From: a virus
IMG/VR virus record: IMGVR_UViG_3300017782_000002
Coordinates: 1-64,000 of that record
Strand: one strand, 5' to 3'
Length of the DNA stretch: 64,000 bases
The notes beneath the pieces are model-generated. The model ran no database searches. It was not told where the DNA came from and saw nothing but the letters and a program-made list of their open reading frames with translations. Of this stretch, positions 1-11,452 are shown piece by piece (within the stretch, counting starts at the first letter, position 1; the number at the start of each line of letters is the position of its first letter). The position numbers and the translations under genes were made by a program.

Positions 1-7
1 TCTTACA

Positions 8-2350
8 ATGAACGGTACAGCATCAACTTTTGCAGGTGATGTAAGATTACCAGCGAGTGGAAAACTATATTTGTGGACCGGTCACGATGCTAACTATTTA
101 AGGTATGACTTGTGGACTGCTTCAGCTTCAGCTGGAATCACAATACAAAACACATCTACCGCTGGTGAAATATATCTTAAATCTGGAAACGCTTTAACTC
201 TTACGTTGGATGATAGCCAAAATGCAACTTTTGCAGGGGCTGTAACTACTGGTGGTACTGTTAATATAAATAATGCTGGGTCAGATAAAAAAATGTCTTT
301 TGACAGAACTGGAGGTAAAGGTATTTCAATAGAACATGATTCTAGTGGAATGTACTTTTACAACGAAACAGACGCTAGCGTTATGTTTAGAATGTATAAT
401 GCTGGTAACATACAAACATCTGGTGAAATAGAAGGAGGTAGCTTAGACATTAATGGTGCTGCCGCTATTAATGGTAAAGTAGTGATAGAAGGTGATTCAG
501 CTGCTTGGAATACATCAGCGCCTGGTACAACTACAGGTTCTTTACATTTTGATCCTGGTGTTGGCACTGATCATTATGGTAATGCTATAACATTTGGTGC
601 TTCAGACTCCGGTAATGGGGCTACCGCTCAAGCTGGTATATATCTTAGAACAGATGGTAGCTATGGTAGTAAAATGTATTTTGCAACTACAGATAGCTAT
701 GCTTCTGGATCTAAAATAGCCATGTATATAAATCATAATAAAGATGTTTATTTTAATGATGATATAAATGTTGCTGGTAATATAGCTGTATCTGGCACGG
801 TTGATGGTGTAGATATATCAGCTCTACCAACTTCTTTTTTTAATGGAGCATATGGTTCTTTATCAGGTGTACCAAGTACATTTACACCATCTTCTCATAC
901 TCACACTTTTGGTTCCTTAACAAGTAAGCCAACCACATTAGCAGGATATGGTATAACTGATGCGTCAACTACAACAGCTATGAATAGTGCTATAAGTACT
1001 GCAGTAGCAAATTTAGTAGATAGTTCACCAGCTGCTTTAGATACATTAAATGAATTAGCAGCTGCTATTGGAGACGATGCTAACTTTTCAACAACTATTA
1101 CAACTAGTATAGGTACAAAAGCTGCAGACAATGCTGTTGTTAAATTAACAGGTAATCAAACTATAGCTGGTAATAAAACTTTTAGTGGACAAATAACTGC
1201 AAACAATAGTATATATCTACAAGATGGAGATGGGATATATATTACTGGTCAAACATATCCAAATCTAACTTTATCAGGAGATGAACCAACATTAAGTTCA
1301 GCTCAAGGAGATACGTGTTATCTTTCTGACAATGTTAGAGTAAACGGTGATCTTACTGTTAATGGTGGGGATATAACATTAAATGGAACAGGTAAAATAA
1401 CAGGTATTGATACAGTAACTGCAGCTACACATGCAGCAAATAAATCATATGTAGATACACAAGTTGCAACTAGAGCTGCTTCATCACATACACACGCTTA
1501 TAATACTCTTACAGGTATACCAAGTACTTTTGCTCCTTCATCACATACACATACGTTTAGTTCTATAACAAGTAAACCAACAACTATAAGTGGTTATGGA
1601 ATCACAGATGCATTAGTAATTGGAACAACAAATACCACAGCAAAAAGAGGAGACACAACAACAATAACAACAGGACAAGCTAATGCTATAAGTGCTAATA
1701 CCACACATGCTGCATCAGCTCATGCTCCTTCTAATGCAACAGCAAATTCATCTGATGCTACATTATTAGCTAGAGCAAACCATACGGGTACACAAGCCTA
1801 CAGTACTTTAACTGGAATACCAACTAAAGCAACATATGATTTAGATCATTTATTTACTCTAGTAGGTGCTGCTGCAGATACGTCTACAAATATGGGTGTT
1901 TATACTTCAGCAACTGTTCCACCAAATCAAACTATAAGACAAAACATAGATGCCCTAGCTACAAGAAAAGAAAATTTCATTGTAGCTTGCTCTGATGAAA
2001 CTAGTGATCTAACAACAGGTACAGCTAAGGTTACATTTAGAATGCCTTATACTATGCAAATAACAGATGTAAGAGCAAGTTTAACAACAGCTACTAGCTC
2101 TGGTATAGTAACTGTAGATATTAATTTAAGTGGTAGTAGTATATTTGGAAATGGAGAAACAGGTACACGTTTAACAATAGACGCAGGAGAAAGAACATCA
2201 ACAACCGCAGCAACTGCTTACAATTTTGTTAGTAGTGCAACTCTAGTAACTTTTGGAGATGATACAGAAGTAAGTATAGATATAGATACTGTAGGTACAG
2301 AAGGTACAGGTAAAGGATTAAAAGTAACATTAATAGGATACCAAAGATAA
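8..2350 (+). CDS. Tail fibre protein, 5'-truncated by window edge
   Basis: Frame is open from position 2. Contains duplicated PSTFxPSSHTHTF..TSKPTT..GYGITDA fibre repeats, the VDSSPAALDTLNELAAAIGDDANFSTT motif typical of phage fibres, and a C-terminal beta domain ending GKGLKVTLIG. Confidence 0.8.
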   Translation: MNGTASTFAGDVRLPASGKLYLWTGHDANYLRYDLWTASASAGITIQNTSTAGEIYLKSGNALTLTLDDSQNATFAGAVTTGGTVNINNAGSDKKMSFDRTGGKGISIEHDSSGMYFYNETDASVMFRMYNAGNIQTSGEIEGGSLDINGAAAINGKVVIEGDSAAWNTSAPGTTTGSLHFDPGVGTDHYGNAITFGASDSGNGATAQAGIYLRTDGSYGSKMYFATTDSYASGSKIAMYINHNKDVYFNDDINVAGNIAVSGTVDGVDISALPTSFFNGAYGSLSGVPSTFTPSSHTHTFGSLTSKPTTLAGYGITDASTTTAMNSAISTAVANLVDSSPAALDTLNELAAAIGDDANFSTTITTSIGTKAADNAVVKLTGNQTIAGNKTFSGQITANNSIYLQDGDGIYITGQTYPNLTLSGDEPTLSSAQGDTCYLSDNVRVNGDLTVNGGDITLNGTGKITGIDTVTAATHAANKSYVDTQVATRAASSHTHAYNTLTGIPSTFAPSSHTHTFSSITSKPTTISGYGITDALVIGTTNTTAKRGDTTTITTGQANAISANTTHAASAHAPSNATANSSDATLLARANHTGTQAYSTLTGIPTKATYDLDHLFTLVGAAADTSTNMGVYTSATVPPNQTIRQNIDALATRKENFIVACSDETSDLTTGTAKVTFRMPYTMQITDVRASLTTATSSGIVTVDINLSGSSIFGNGETGTRLTIDAGERTSTTAATAYNFVSSATLVTFGDDTEVSIDIDTVGTEGTGKGLKVTLIGYQR

Positions 2351-3210
2351 TGGGAATGATAATTAATCCATATCTCCCTTTTCCATCTGCTAGTTTTGCA
2401 GATGATAAAGCCTTATATAGAACTTGGGCTACAGGTGCGGGTAATTTTGCAGGTGTAGATGACTCAAATGGTATGGGTGTAGAATGGGATGAATATGATG
2501 AATTTAGTATATCTTTATGGGTAAAACCAGGATGGAGCTCATCTTTAAATACTAATGTGCATTTATTTTGTATGAATGATGTGGGTGTAACTACATCTAG
2601 CGGAGGTTTAATAAGAATATATTATCATGAATCAAATAATAGAATGTATTTTGATTGGAGATCAAATGGTAGTAATAGAACAAGTAACTTTTGGTTGTTT
2701 CATTCAACATCATCACAATATTTAGCTGCATACAATGCTGCAGGCTTAGGTAGTTCATATTGGAGTAATACTAATAGAGGTAACGTTGGAGATGATGATT
2801 ATACTATGATAACAGTAACAAAAGGATCAGATGATCAAGCTAAAAGAACTAATGTGTCTCTATATTGGAATGCTGCTAGTTGTGGTAACGGTTATTATAC
2901 AAATGGATATAACGCAGGTACACCGGCTTTAAATAATAATGATAGAAAATTAGCATTTGGTAGTTCATCATGGAATAACTATAGAGCAGGTAACTATAGT
3001 ACTACTAGATATAATGATATAACTTTTTGGGACAAAAGGCTTAGTGCTGCTGAAGTGTCAGAACTATATAACAATGGTACAAGAATGGACGCAACAACTC
3101 ATTCAGCAGCTAGTGATCTAAAAGGCTACTATACATTTGAGACAGCAGCCGCTACAATAGGAGAAGATACTAATTTACCAAACGGTGGATCAACAATAGG
3201 AAACGTATGA
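2350..3210 (+). CDS. LamG/concanavalin A-like lectin-domain tail protein
   Basis: FSISLWVKP, YNDITFWDKRLSAAEVSELYNNG and LKGYYTFE are LamG-like signatures; start overlaps the fibre stop (TAATG). Confidence 0.75.
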   Translation: MGMIINPYLPFPSASFADDKALYRTWATGAGNFAGVDDSNGMGVEWDEYDEFSISLWVKPGWSSSLNTNVHLFCMNDVGVTTSSGGLIRIYYHESNNRMYFDWRSNGSNRTSNFWLFHSTSSQYLAAYNAAGLGSSYWSNTNRGNVGDDDYTMITVTKGSDDQAKRTNVSLYWNAASCGNGYYTNGYNAGTPALNNNDRKLAFGSSSWNNYRAGNYSTTRYNDITFWDKRLSAAEVSELYNNGTRMDATTHSAASDLKGYYTFETAAATIGEDTNLPNGGSTIGNV

Positions 3211-3485
3211 TAAAATACTATATAATACCAAAACACGTTTTTGCATGGGTAGACAAGCAACGAGTATCATATTTACTTAAGAGTATAGATAGAACAAAAT
3301 ACATTATAGGATACGAAGGAGTTTTTGAGCATTTACATGAGGCTACAAAAACATTTGATACAGTTAACGATTTGTCAGCATATACGTATAAAGAACCGGA
3401 GGATTGGTTTGGTGATAACGATGGATTAGATGTAGATATGATAGAGGAAAACGAATATTTACCAGACATTGATGATAGTGAATGA
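3207..3485 (+). CDS. Small hypothetical protein coupled to the LamG gene
   Basis: ATGA overlap with the upstream stop, acidic C-terminus. Confidence 0.6.
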   Translation: MIKYYIIPKHVFAWVDKQRVSYLLKSIDRTKYIIGYEGVFEHLHEATKTFDTVNDLSAYTYKEPEDWFGDNDGLDVDMIEENEYLPDIDDSE

Positions 3486-3805
3486 TGTATAGAATAGTAG
3501 CAATTATAATGTTATTGTGTATAAATCTACAAGCACAACGTTTAAACGAAGTGTTAGATATGCACAAGGATAAACAACTACACGTAGGTTATACGTACAT
3601 TATATCCTCTGCTACAACAAGCTATGTTTTGAAAAAAACTGGCAATAAAAAAAAGGCTATATTAATAGGTATAGGAACAGGTATGACAATTGGGATTGTA
3701 AAAGAAATACACGATGCAAGATTTAAAGGTGCAGAGCGTGGTGATATAATAGCTGACATTGCTGGATCAGTGATGGGGTCCTTGGTTGTAACAATACCTT
3801 TTTAA
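3482..3805 (+). CDS. Membrane protein, VanZ/YfiM-like
   Basis: Signal-like N-terminus, DKQLH motif, GIVKEIHD and DIIADIAG motifs, hydrophobic helices. Confidence 0.5.
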   Translation: MMYRIVAIIMLLCINLQAQRLNEVLDMHKDKQLHVGYTYIISSATTSYVLKKTGNKKKAILIGIGTGMTIGIVKEIHDARFKGAERGDIIADIAGSVMGSLVVTIPF

Positions 3806-3824
3806 ATAATTAAAATTAAAAACG

Positions 3825-4217
3825 ATGAGTATAATAAGTAAAATTTTCAGTGGAGGTGCAACAGAACTTGTTAAAGGAGTAGGTGACGTAATAGATAATC
3901 TACATACTTCTAAAGAAGAAAAGCTTGCTGCTGAGCAAAAAGTTAAGGAGTTAATAGCTTCTTACGAAACACAAATGGAAAAAGAAATCTCTACCAGGTG
4001 GAGCGCAGACATGAACAGTGATTCATGGTTGTCCAAGAACGTAAGACCTATGGTTCTTATATTTTTAGTAGTGTGTACTGTCCTTATGATCTTTATAGAT
4101 GCTGGTACAATAGCATTTGAAGTAGAAGATAAGTGGACGGATTTACTACAATTAGTGTTAATAACCGTAATTGGGGCCTACTTTGGAGGACGTTCATTAG
4201 AGAAAACTAAAAAATAA
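3825..4217 (+). CDS. Holin-like protein (3TM holin family)
   Basis: ISTRWSADMNSDSWLSKNVRPMVL followed by TM helices and AYFGGRSLEK C-terminus. Confidence 0.7.
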   Translation: MSIISKIFSGGATELVKGVGDVIDNLHTSKEEKLAAEQKVKELIASYETQMEKEISTRWSADMNSDSWLSKNVRPMVLIFLVVCTVLMIFIDAGTIAFEVEDKWTDLLQLVLITVIGAYFGGRSLEKTKK

Positions 4218-4221
4218 TCCG

Positions 4222-4229
4222 TATCTTTG
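4222..4229 (+). promoter_or_regulatory. Bacteroidota-type -7 promoter element (TATCTTTG)
   Basis: Matches TAnnTTTG, 8 nt upstream of the 4237 start. Confidence 0.6.
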
Positions 4230-4236
4230 TATAGTA

Positions 4237-4491
4237 ATGGCTAAGAAAAGAAATTATAAAAAAGAATACGCTAAGTTCCAAGCCTCTGATAAACAAAAAA
4301 AGGATAGAGCCAAAAGGAACGCTGCTAGACGTAAGGCTACTAAAGCAGGTAGAGTAAAAAAAGGTGATGGAAAAGATGTACATCATCCTAATGGTGTTAA
4401 TTCTAAAAAGACTAAAGTATTGTCTAAGTCTAAGAACAGAGGAATGAAAGAAGAATCTAGATTAAAAGGATCAAAAAGAAAAAAAAGATAA
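4237..4491 (+). CDS. Small basic HNH-like protein
   Basis: Very K/R-rich; GDGKDVHHPNG...SKSKNRG resembles a minimal HNH motif. Confidence 0.55.
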   Translation: MAKKRNYKKEYAKFQASDKQKKDRAKRNAARRKATKAGRVKKGDGKDVHHPNGVNSKKTKVLSKSKNRGMKEESRLKGSKRKKR

Positions 4492-4727
4492 TGGGAAAAA
4501 TAGACAGAAAAAGAACTAGGTGCTGCAACAAGTATGTTTGCACGTGTATGAAAAATAGAACTCTAGAACAAAAGTATCCGTGGAAATCTTCAATCAACGG
4601 AGATAAGAATAATAGAAAACTAGATGCTCAAATGACTGAGAGAAAAGATACATCTAGCAGACTTAAATATCAAGATGGTAGAAACAAAAAGTCAGGATTC
4701 CGAGTAAATAAACTCCCCTGGTCTTAA
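4491..4727 (+). CDS. Small basic hypothetical protein
   Basis: TAATG-coupled ORF with a CCNKYVCTC Cys cluster. Confidence 0.55.
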   Translation: MGKIDRKRTRCCNKYVCTCMKNRTLEQKYPWKSSINGDKNNRKLDAQMTERKDTSSRLKYQDGRNKKSGFRVNKLPWS

Positions 4728-4730
4728 ATG

Positions 4731-4759
4731 AGTGCAGGGACTTAACGGTCCCTGGCACT
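4731..4759. terminator. Hairpin at the convergence of the + and - transcription blocks
   Basis: AGTGCAGGGAC-TTAACG-GTCCCTGGCACT inverted repeat. Confidence 0.6.
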
Positions 4760-4811
4760 ACATTCTAACAAATAATCTAACAATAAAACAGTAGCTATAA
4801 TTAATATAGTA

Positions 4812-5033
4812 TTAATCATCTAACTTAGACATAAGGTATAATTCTATCCAAACCATACCTTTTGTTATAGTTTTAAATTGTTTACTTTCTATTGAATTCC
4901 AGCTTCCGCTAGGATTTTTCTTATATATAGAACATCTCCAAGGCTTTTTAGGATCTGAGTCAGCAGTAGGTATTACACTAAACCACCAGCCTCTTTGAAG
5001 TATGTAATCAAACTCTTCTTTAAATTCAGACAT
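4812..5033 (-). CDS. Hypothetical protein, Trp-rich
   Basis: 73-aa ORF directly downstream of groEL. Confidence 0.6.
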   Translation of the reverse strand: MSEFKEEFDYILQRGWWFSVIPTADSDPKKPWRCSIYKKNPSGSWNSIESKQFKTITKGMVWIELYLMSKLDD

Positions 5034-5035
5034 AT

Positions 5036-6682
<1,647 letters not shown>

Positions 6683-6687
6683 TTAAT

Positions 6688-7434
6688 TTACTCTCTTGTA
6701 TATGGGTCATCAGCCTGTCCCTTAAGATAGGCTTTACCCGCTACTTCTATAATTTTATATTGTGCTTTCTGAACAAGACCTAAGTCATCCCAGTTATCTT
6801 CACAGTATTTTAAATAACTTTCTATTATTGGTTGTATCATGTTCTCATAATTAACATATTCATTATTCTTATGAGCACCATACTTTTTTGCTACAGTGTA
6901 ACCCCCGGTTATCCAACCTAAGAAGCTTTTCTCTATGCAGCCTATATATAAACGATCAGGCCTAGATTGGCTAACAAAATGCACAGGTCCTTGTTTTTGA
7001 AATGGAGACTCTATCCAAGTACCTGAAAAGAGTTTAGCTTTCCCCCACATAACAACATCATCTTTAATTATAGCATCACCTTCAACTAATGCTTGACCCT
7101 GTACTATAGCTCTACCCATAACCTGAGCCTTATCAGATACTATAGCTTTGTCTTTAACTTGAGCATCACCAGATATTACAGCATTCTTTTGTATTCTAGA
7201 TTGACCACTAACAACAGCATTATCTTTAATTAGAGCATTATCTGTAAGTATAGCTAGCCCCATTAACATTGCTTCATCAGCAATCCATGTTTCTTTACCA
7301 CAACTTCCTAGGTTTTCTACCCAACCTCCTTTGTCTCCTTTCTTACCGTATTTACAATCTTTAGCTAGTTCAACTCTTGACAACAAGGTTCTTCCTATTG
7401 TTTTTGTTTCATCTGTTAGCTTAATATATTCCAT
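6688..7434 (-). CDS. Left-handed beta-helix (hexapeptide repeat) protein
   Basis: KKGDKGGWVE N-terminus followed by about 10 [IV]xxxA hexapeptides (ILTDNA LIKDNA VVSGQS ... IVSDKA QVMGRA). Confidence 0.75.
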   Translation of the reverse strand: MEYIKLTDETKTIGRTLLSRVELAKDCKYGKKGDKGGWVENLGSCGKETWIADEAMLMGLAILTDNALIKDNAVVSGQSRIQKNAVISGDAQVKDKAIVSDKAQVMGRAIVQGQALVEGDAIIKDDVVMWGKAKLFSGTWIESPFQKQGPVHFVSQSRPDRLYIGCIEKSFLGWITGGYTVAKKYGAHKNNEYVNYENMIQPIIESYLKYCEDNWDDLGLVQKAQYKIIEVAGKAYLKGQADDPYTRE

Positions 7435-7452
7435 AGTATAATTTACGAAAAT

Positions 7453-7713
7453 TTAGTGGTATTGTATGTCAAATTTCAAACTATTTATCAGATCCTCAAG
7501 CTCTTCAGGAGAGGAGACAGCTTTTTTAAGCTGCTTAACCTCTTCCTTAAGAATCTTTTTAATCAAGACACGTGTATGTACAGAATGAGATTTCTCTACT
7601 TCACAATTAAACAGTGTATTATATCTGTTAGTTATCTCTTCTATTGTTTGGGATTGGTATACTTCTTTCTTCAACGCTTCCCATAGTGCTAGTTTACTTT
7701 TTGACAAAGCCAT
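7453..7713 (-). CDS. Hypothetical protein
   Basis: ORF in the - strand block; GTAAATT promoter-like motif lies just downstream at 7440-7446, upstream of the LbH gene. Confidence 0.55.
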   Translation of the reverse strand: MALSKSKLALWEALKKEVYQSQTIEEITNRYNTLFNCEVEKSHSVHTRVLIKKILKEEVKQLKKAVSSPEELEDLINSLKFDIQYH

Positions 7714-7867
7714 ACTTCTGTTTATATCTTTTAAGTTTCTTTACTTCTTTTTCATACTTATAATAGTCAGGATTAATTTTTTCAATCTGCCCACTATATT
7801 TCCATAATTGATCTGATGTTAGCTGTATAGGACCATTGTGTTTATCATGTTCTTTTTTTGCTACCAT
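7694..7867 (-). CDS. Hypothetical protein (probable start MVAKKEH at 7867)
   Basis: Start lies 1 nt after the stop of the 7869-8012 micro-ORF; the longer track start (7909) would overlap that ORF. Confidence 0.5.
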   Translation of the reverse strand: MVAKKEHDKHNGPIQLTSDQLWKYSGQIEKINPDYYKYEKEVKKLKRYKQKYGFVKK

Positions 7868-7868
7868 C

Positions 7869-8012
7869 TCATTTATTACTGCTCTTGTACTTTCTTTCAT
7901 TTTCTTCAAATTTTTTTAAATTATTTACAAGGTCATTATTATCTCCTATAAGTAAATGATTAGTTAAGGATATAGCAATGATAAGCGCTATAATTATTAA
8001 AAGGTAAATCAT
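7869..8012 (-). CDS. 47-aa single-TM membrane peptide (not in ORF track)
   Basis: MIYLLIIIALIIAISLTNHLLIGDNNDLVNNLKKFEENERKYKSSNK; ATGA overlap with the 8009 stop. Confidence 0.65.
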   Translation of the reverse strand: MIYLLIIIALIIAISLTNHLLIGDNNDLVNNLKKFEENERKYKSSNK

Positions 8013-8650
8013 ATCTTAGCTTCCCCAAACATTGGATCCTGTGCTTGTGCATCAGCTGCAGCTTCCTTTTGTTTTCTTTTTTCTTCACAACTAAGACATT
8101 TACCCGTATCATCAGGTAAGATAGGCATAGGTGGGGCTTTTTGTAAATTAGGATTAAACATTACACCACTCTTTATGGTGTTATGATGCATCATCAATGC
8201 TTTCTGGCGTTGTAACTCCTCTATTTCAAAGCCTATATGATTCTTAGCTTTAACTAAATCCTCAATATGTTTATCTATAGTTTCTAATCCTACTTCTTTT
8301 TTCTTACCTGCACGAAGTATGTAAGAACAAACATTACCTATGTTGTAAGATAACTGAAAGTCTTCAATAATTTTACGTGCTTCATAGCCAAATGTTTTTC
8401 CTATATAATAACTAGGTGTAGGTGTCTTTTCATAATTAGGTTTATCTGTCATTTTTCTTTTAGGTTTTGTGTATTCTCCAAAGATTTCAGCTTGGTTACC
8501 ATACATGGCCTTATCAGCTATTTCATGTAAAGAATACGGTTTATTAAATTCCAAACCTTCAGGCACAGACATCTTTACTTGATTGTGCCCGTAAGGTAGG
8601 TTTCTTGTTGTGTCCCAATAATGCTCACTATAATTGCTGTCTTTTGTCAT
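8009..8650 (-). CDS. DUF3310 (T7 gp1.7/SaV-like) domain protein
   Basis: TPSYYIG...EARKIIEDFQLSYNIGNVCSYILRAGKK...IEDLVKAKNHIGFEIE. Confidence 0.7.
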   Translation of the reverse strand: MTKDSNYSEHYWDTTRNLPYGHNQVKMSVPEGLEFNKPYSLHEIADKAMYGNQAEIFGEYTKPKRKMTDKPNYEKTPTPSYYIGKTFGYEARKIIEDFQLSYNIGNVCSYILRAGKKKEVGLETIDKHIEDLVKAKNHIGFEIEELQRQKALMMHHNTIKSGVMFNPNLQKAPPMPILPDDTGKCLSCEEKRKQKEAAADAQAQDPMFGEAKI

Positions 8651-9480
8651 ATGTTAAAAGATTCAAAAATAGATTCTACAGATGTCTCATCTTCTGGGAC
8701 TACTTCTATATCCGGTTTAGTTGTAGCAGTGTCCTGTTGCTGAGGTGTATGCGCTGTATATACTTCAGCCATCATAAATTTATGGAACTTACTTTGATAG
8801 TTCATCCAGTTACGTGGGTGTGTTTGCTTAAATGCATGTGTTACATTATTATAAAACATCCATGCTGTATCAGGGTCTACTCCATAATTAAAAGAAGGGG
8901 TTTCTATTTCAGACTTAACTATACCTATCTGTTGTGTATCAAGGAGTTTTTCCTCAACAAATAATCTGCCTAATAATTCACTTTGATTAGTTATAGACAA
9001 CTTATGAATTTTCATTGCGTCTTTATCTGTAACAAGTGTTTTAAATTTATTATTAGCCATACCTATTTGTGCTACAATATGTGATGCAATTTCTGCATTA
9101 GCAGTTCCAGTATGTTTTCTTCCGTATGTAGATAAGTCTCCGTGTATAAGTCCGTTGTTACAAACAAATACTTGAGCACCTATCCCGCATTGGAATCTTG
9201 TGCTTTTATCATAAGAGTTAGTCCATGCAAACATCATACCCATATCTGAGTCTGTAGTGCTGCTAGCATGTGCTAGATGATAAATACCCTGAGCTATTTT
9301 AGCATTCAGGTTAGCTCTATATAATTCTCTAGTTATTGTAAATCCTCCCTTGTTCAAGGCCTTAGTTACACCGTCCATCACTTCTTTGTGTGATACAACG
9401 GTGTAAGTGTCCCCGTGACTAGGAAGAGGCGCTGACTCAAGCCAGGCTCTTGTGGTTTCATTTGGTTTTCTATGTCCCAT
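8647..9480 (-). CDS. DUF932-family protein
   Basis: NSYDKSTRFQCGIGAQVFVCNNGL..RKHTG and AWMFYNNVTHAFK motifs. Confidence 0.75.
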   Translation of the reverse strand: MGHRKPNETTRAWLESAPLPSHGDTYTVVSHKEVMDGVTKALNKGGFTITRELYRANLNAKIAQGIYHLAHASSTTDSDMGMMFAWTNSYDKSTRFQCGIGAQVFVCNNGLIHGDLSTYGRKHTGTANAEIASHIVAQIGMANNKFKTLVTDKDAMKIHKLSITNQSELLGRLFVEEKLLDTQQIGIVKSEIETPSFNYGVDPDTAWMFYNNVTHAFKQTHPRNWMNYQSKFHKFMMAEVYTAHTPQQQDTATTKPDIEVVPEDETSVESIFESFNI

Positions 9481-9499
9481 ATTAGTTGATTTTAATGTT

Positions 9500-9507
9500 C
9501 AAAAATA
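9500..9507 (-). promoter_or_regulatory. -7 promoter element (TATTTTTG on - strand)
   Basis: TAnnTTTG match 20 nt upstream of the 9480 start. Confidence 0.5.
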
Positions 9508-9520
9508 ATAAATTTTCTGA

Positions 9521-11431
9521 TTAAAACAAAGATAATTGATTACAATTTACATTAAGAATATTGTTTATCTCTTTTTCAATTGCTTGCAGATAATACTTCT
9601 CATTTATGTTGTAATCTTCCCATTTCCTTGAGTCAACCTTATTAAATACAGTTTGTATCCATTTACCGGCTTCTAACTGTATCTCTCTACCATCATTTTT
9701 GTTACGCTTAATAAGCTTAACACCCTTGTCTGAGATGTAATACCTGTTAATCTTTTGTAGATTCTCTTGGATATATTCACCTTTCTCTAGGCTGTCAGCT
9801 ACTACTTGCCAACCGCTGTTAGTCTTAGATCCTATACAATAGTCTAATATGTTTTTATTAGTCTTAAGATAGTCTTCAGGTAACATGTCATTAACAAAGT
9901 ATTCATAGATTGCTTTAGGTATAACTAATTTAGATTTATTCTTATGCAAAGCAAGATTCTTAAACTCAAACCTACCTTTACATTTAGCTTTATCATCTAG
10001 ATTAATTGCAATGTAATTGTTGACGTCTGCTAGTATAAGCTTCTTGTATTCATCATGCTCAAGATTAAAGTTAGTTATATCTTCCCACTGTTTACATACT
10101 TCCATGTACTTTTCTTTATACTTCTTAGGTATGATTGTCTCTATACCATCAGTATTCTGAAGCAAGGGGATAGCATCCGGTATAGCCTCCATGATCATCT
10201 CATAAAGCATCATAAGTGTGAGTTGACCATTAATTGTTATACGCATGGTAAACTCAGGGTCATATAGAAAAGAATTCTTATCATTAGATAAACCATATGT
10301 ACTATTTAATATAATTTTATATACATAGTTCATAGGATTACTCTTAGGTATTTTCTTTCTTTCCGTAAAGAACCACTCATACAGTGTACAAAACTGTTTA
10401 CTTGGTAAATGCGCAGGAGACCATCCATTCTTAATAGCTAAGTTAGGATAGAAACTAGTAACATCTGAAGACATTATAATATTATCTTCATCAGCTTCAT
10501 ATACTCCAGGCTGATTAGCACCGTGTGCACCACCTAAACCAAAGTGTGTCTTAACACCTTTATAAACAACTGAATGCTTAAAAGCTCCTTTAATATTTTG
10601 TGGGTCCAACTCTACAGTTTTGAATCTAGCTAAAAGATTATTAAACTCCGGTGTAACAAATGCAACACAAGGTAATATAATCCTATCAAGCTTTATAACT
10701 TTCCTAAATGTTCTAAGTTTTTTAAGTTCACGTTTTTCTATGTTCAGTTCTTTACTTAAATAGAAACTAAACAACTCCTTAGATATACGTGGCTCAGAAG
10801 CATTCATAAGATTTATATTATACTCTTTAGTCAGATTCATCCTCAATGCTATAAGATCCTTAGATCTATTATAGATTTCATGAGTTGCGTCTACATCATT
10901 AATACAATACTCAACAATAGTATTTAACTCCTCTTGCGTATTTATATCTGCTTCATGATGTATAGGCATATCTAGAATGTTATCCCAATCCATAGTATAT
11001 TCAATCCACTTAAGACTAGAGCGCTTAGCCATATTGTCCCAGTGATTAAGTTTAAATACATCTATCTGCTTGATTAACATTTGCCATTCAGGAAACTCAG
11101 AAAATTCTCTATTGTTTGATCTTCTAATAGCTTCTTGTGCGTATCCATATATTTCTTCAGTGATACCGTCAGGGTCCATACCTTCCCATTCTTTATAATG
11201 CTTAAGAATATTATGTGTTACCTGTGAATCAAAGCCAATACCATTAAATGAGATGTGGTATTCATTATTTTTTATATTTTCTTTTAAGAACTTGATTAGC
11301 TCTACAGAATCATCTTGAAGTTTATGAATTATAAAAGTCTTATAAGTATTTGTTTTATAATGTTTAAATACACCAACAAAACAGTTCTTAAGAGTCTCAT
11401 AATCCATTACCCAGTGATTCATGACGGCCAT
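9521..11431 (-). CDS. polB: Family B DNA polymerase (crAss-like)
   Basis: Exo I DYE, motif A SSDVTSFYPN, motif B YKIILNSTYG, motif C QNTDGI, DVNNYIA. Confidence 0.92.
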   Translation of the reverse strand: MAVMNHWVMDYETLKNCFVGVFKHYKTNTYKTFIIHKLQDDSVELIKFLKENIKNNEYHISFNGIGFDSQVTHNILKHYKEWEGMDPDGITEEIYGYAQEAIRRSNNREFSEFPEWQMLIKQIDVFKLNHWDNMAKRSSLKWIEYTMDWDNILDMPIHHEADINTQEELNTIVEYCINDVDATHEIYNRSKDLIALRMNLTKEYNINLMNASEPRISKELFSFYLSKELNIEKRELKKLRTFRKVIKLDRIILPCVAFVTPEFNNLLARFKTVELDPQNIKGAFKHSVVYKGVKTHFGLGGAHGANQPGVYEADEDNIIMSSDVTSFYPNLAIKNGWSPAHLPSKQFCTLYEWFFTERKKIPKSNPMNYVYKIILNSTYGLSNDKNSFLYDPEFTMRITINGQLTLMMLYEMIMEAIPDAIPLLQNTDGIETIIPKKYKEKYMEVCKQWEDITNFNLEHDEYKKLILADVNNYIAINLDDKAKCKGRFEFKNLALHKNKSKLVIPKAIYEYFVNDMLPEDYLKTNKNILDYCIGSKTNSGWQVVADSLEKGEYIQENLQKINRYYISDKGVKLIKRNKNDGREIQLEAGKWIQTVFNKVDSRKWEDYNINEKYYLQAIEKEINNILNVNCNQLSLF

Positions 11432-11452
11432 ACTACTATGATATTTTCCATA

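Noticed and set aside
9521-11431. Intein or intron in polB, terL or dnaB
   Set aside because: Sizes are ordinary, the catalytic motifs are contiguous, and no splice-junction or homing-nuclease insert was seen.
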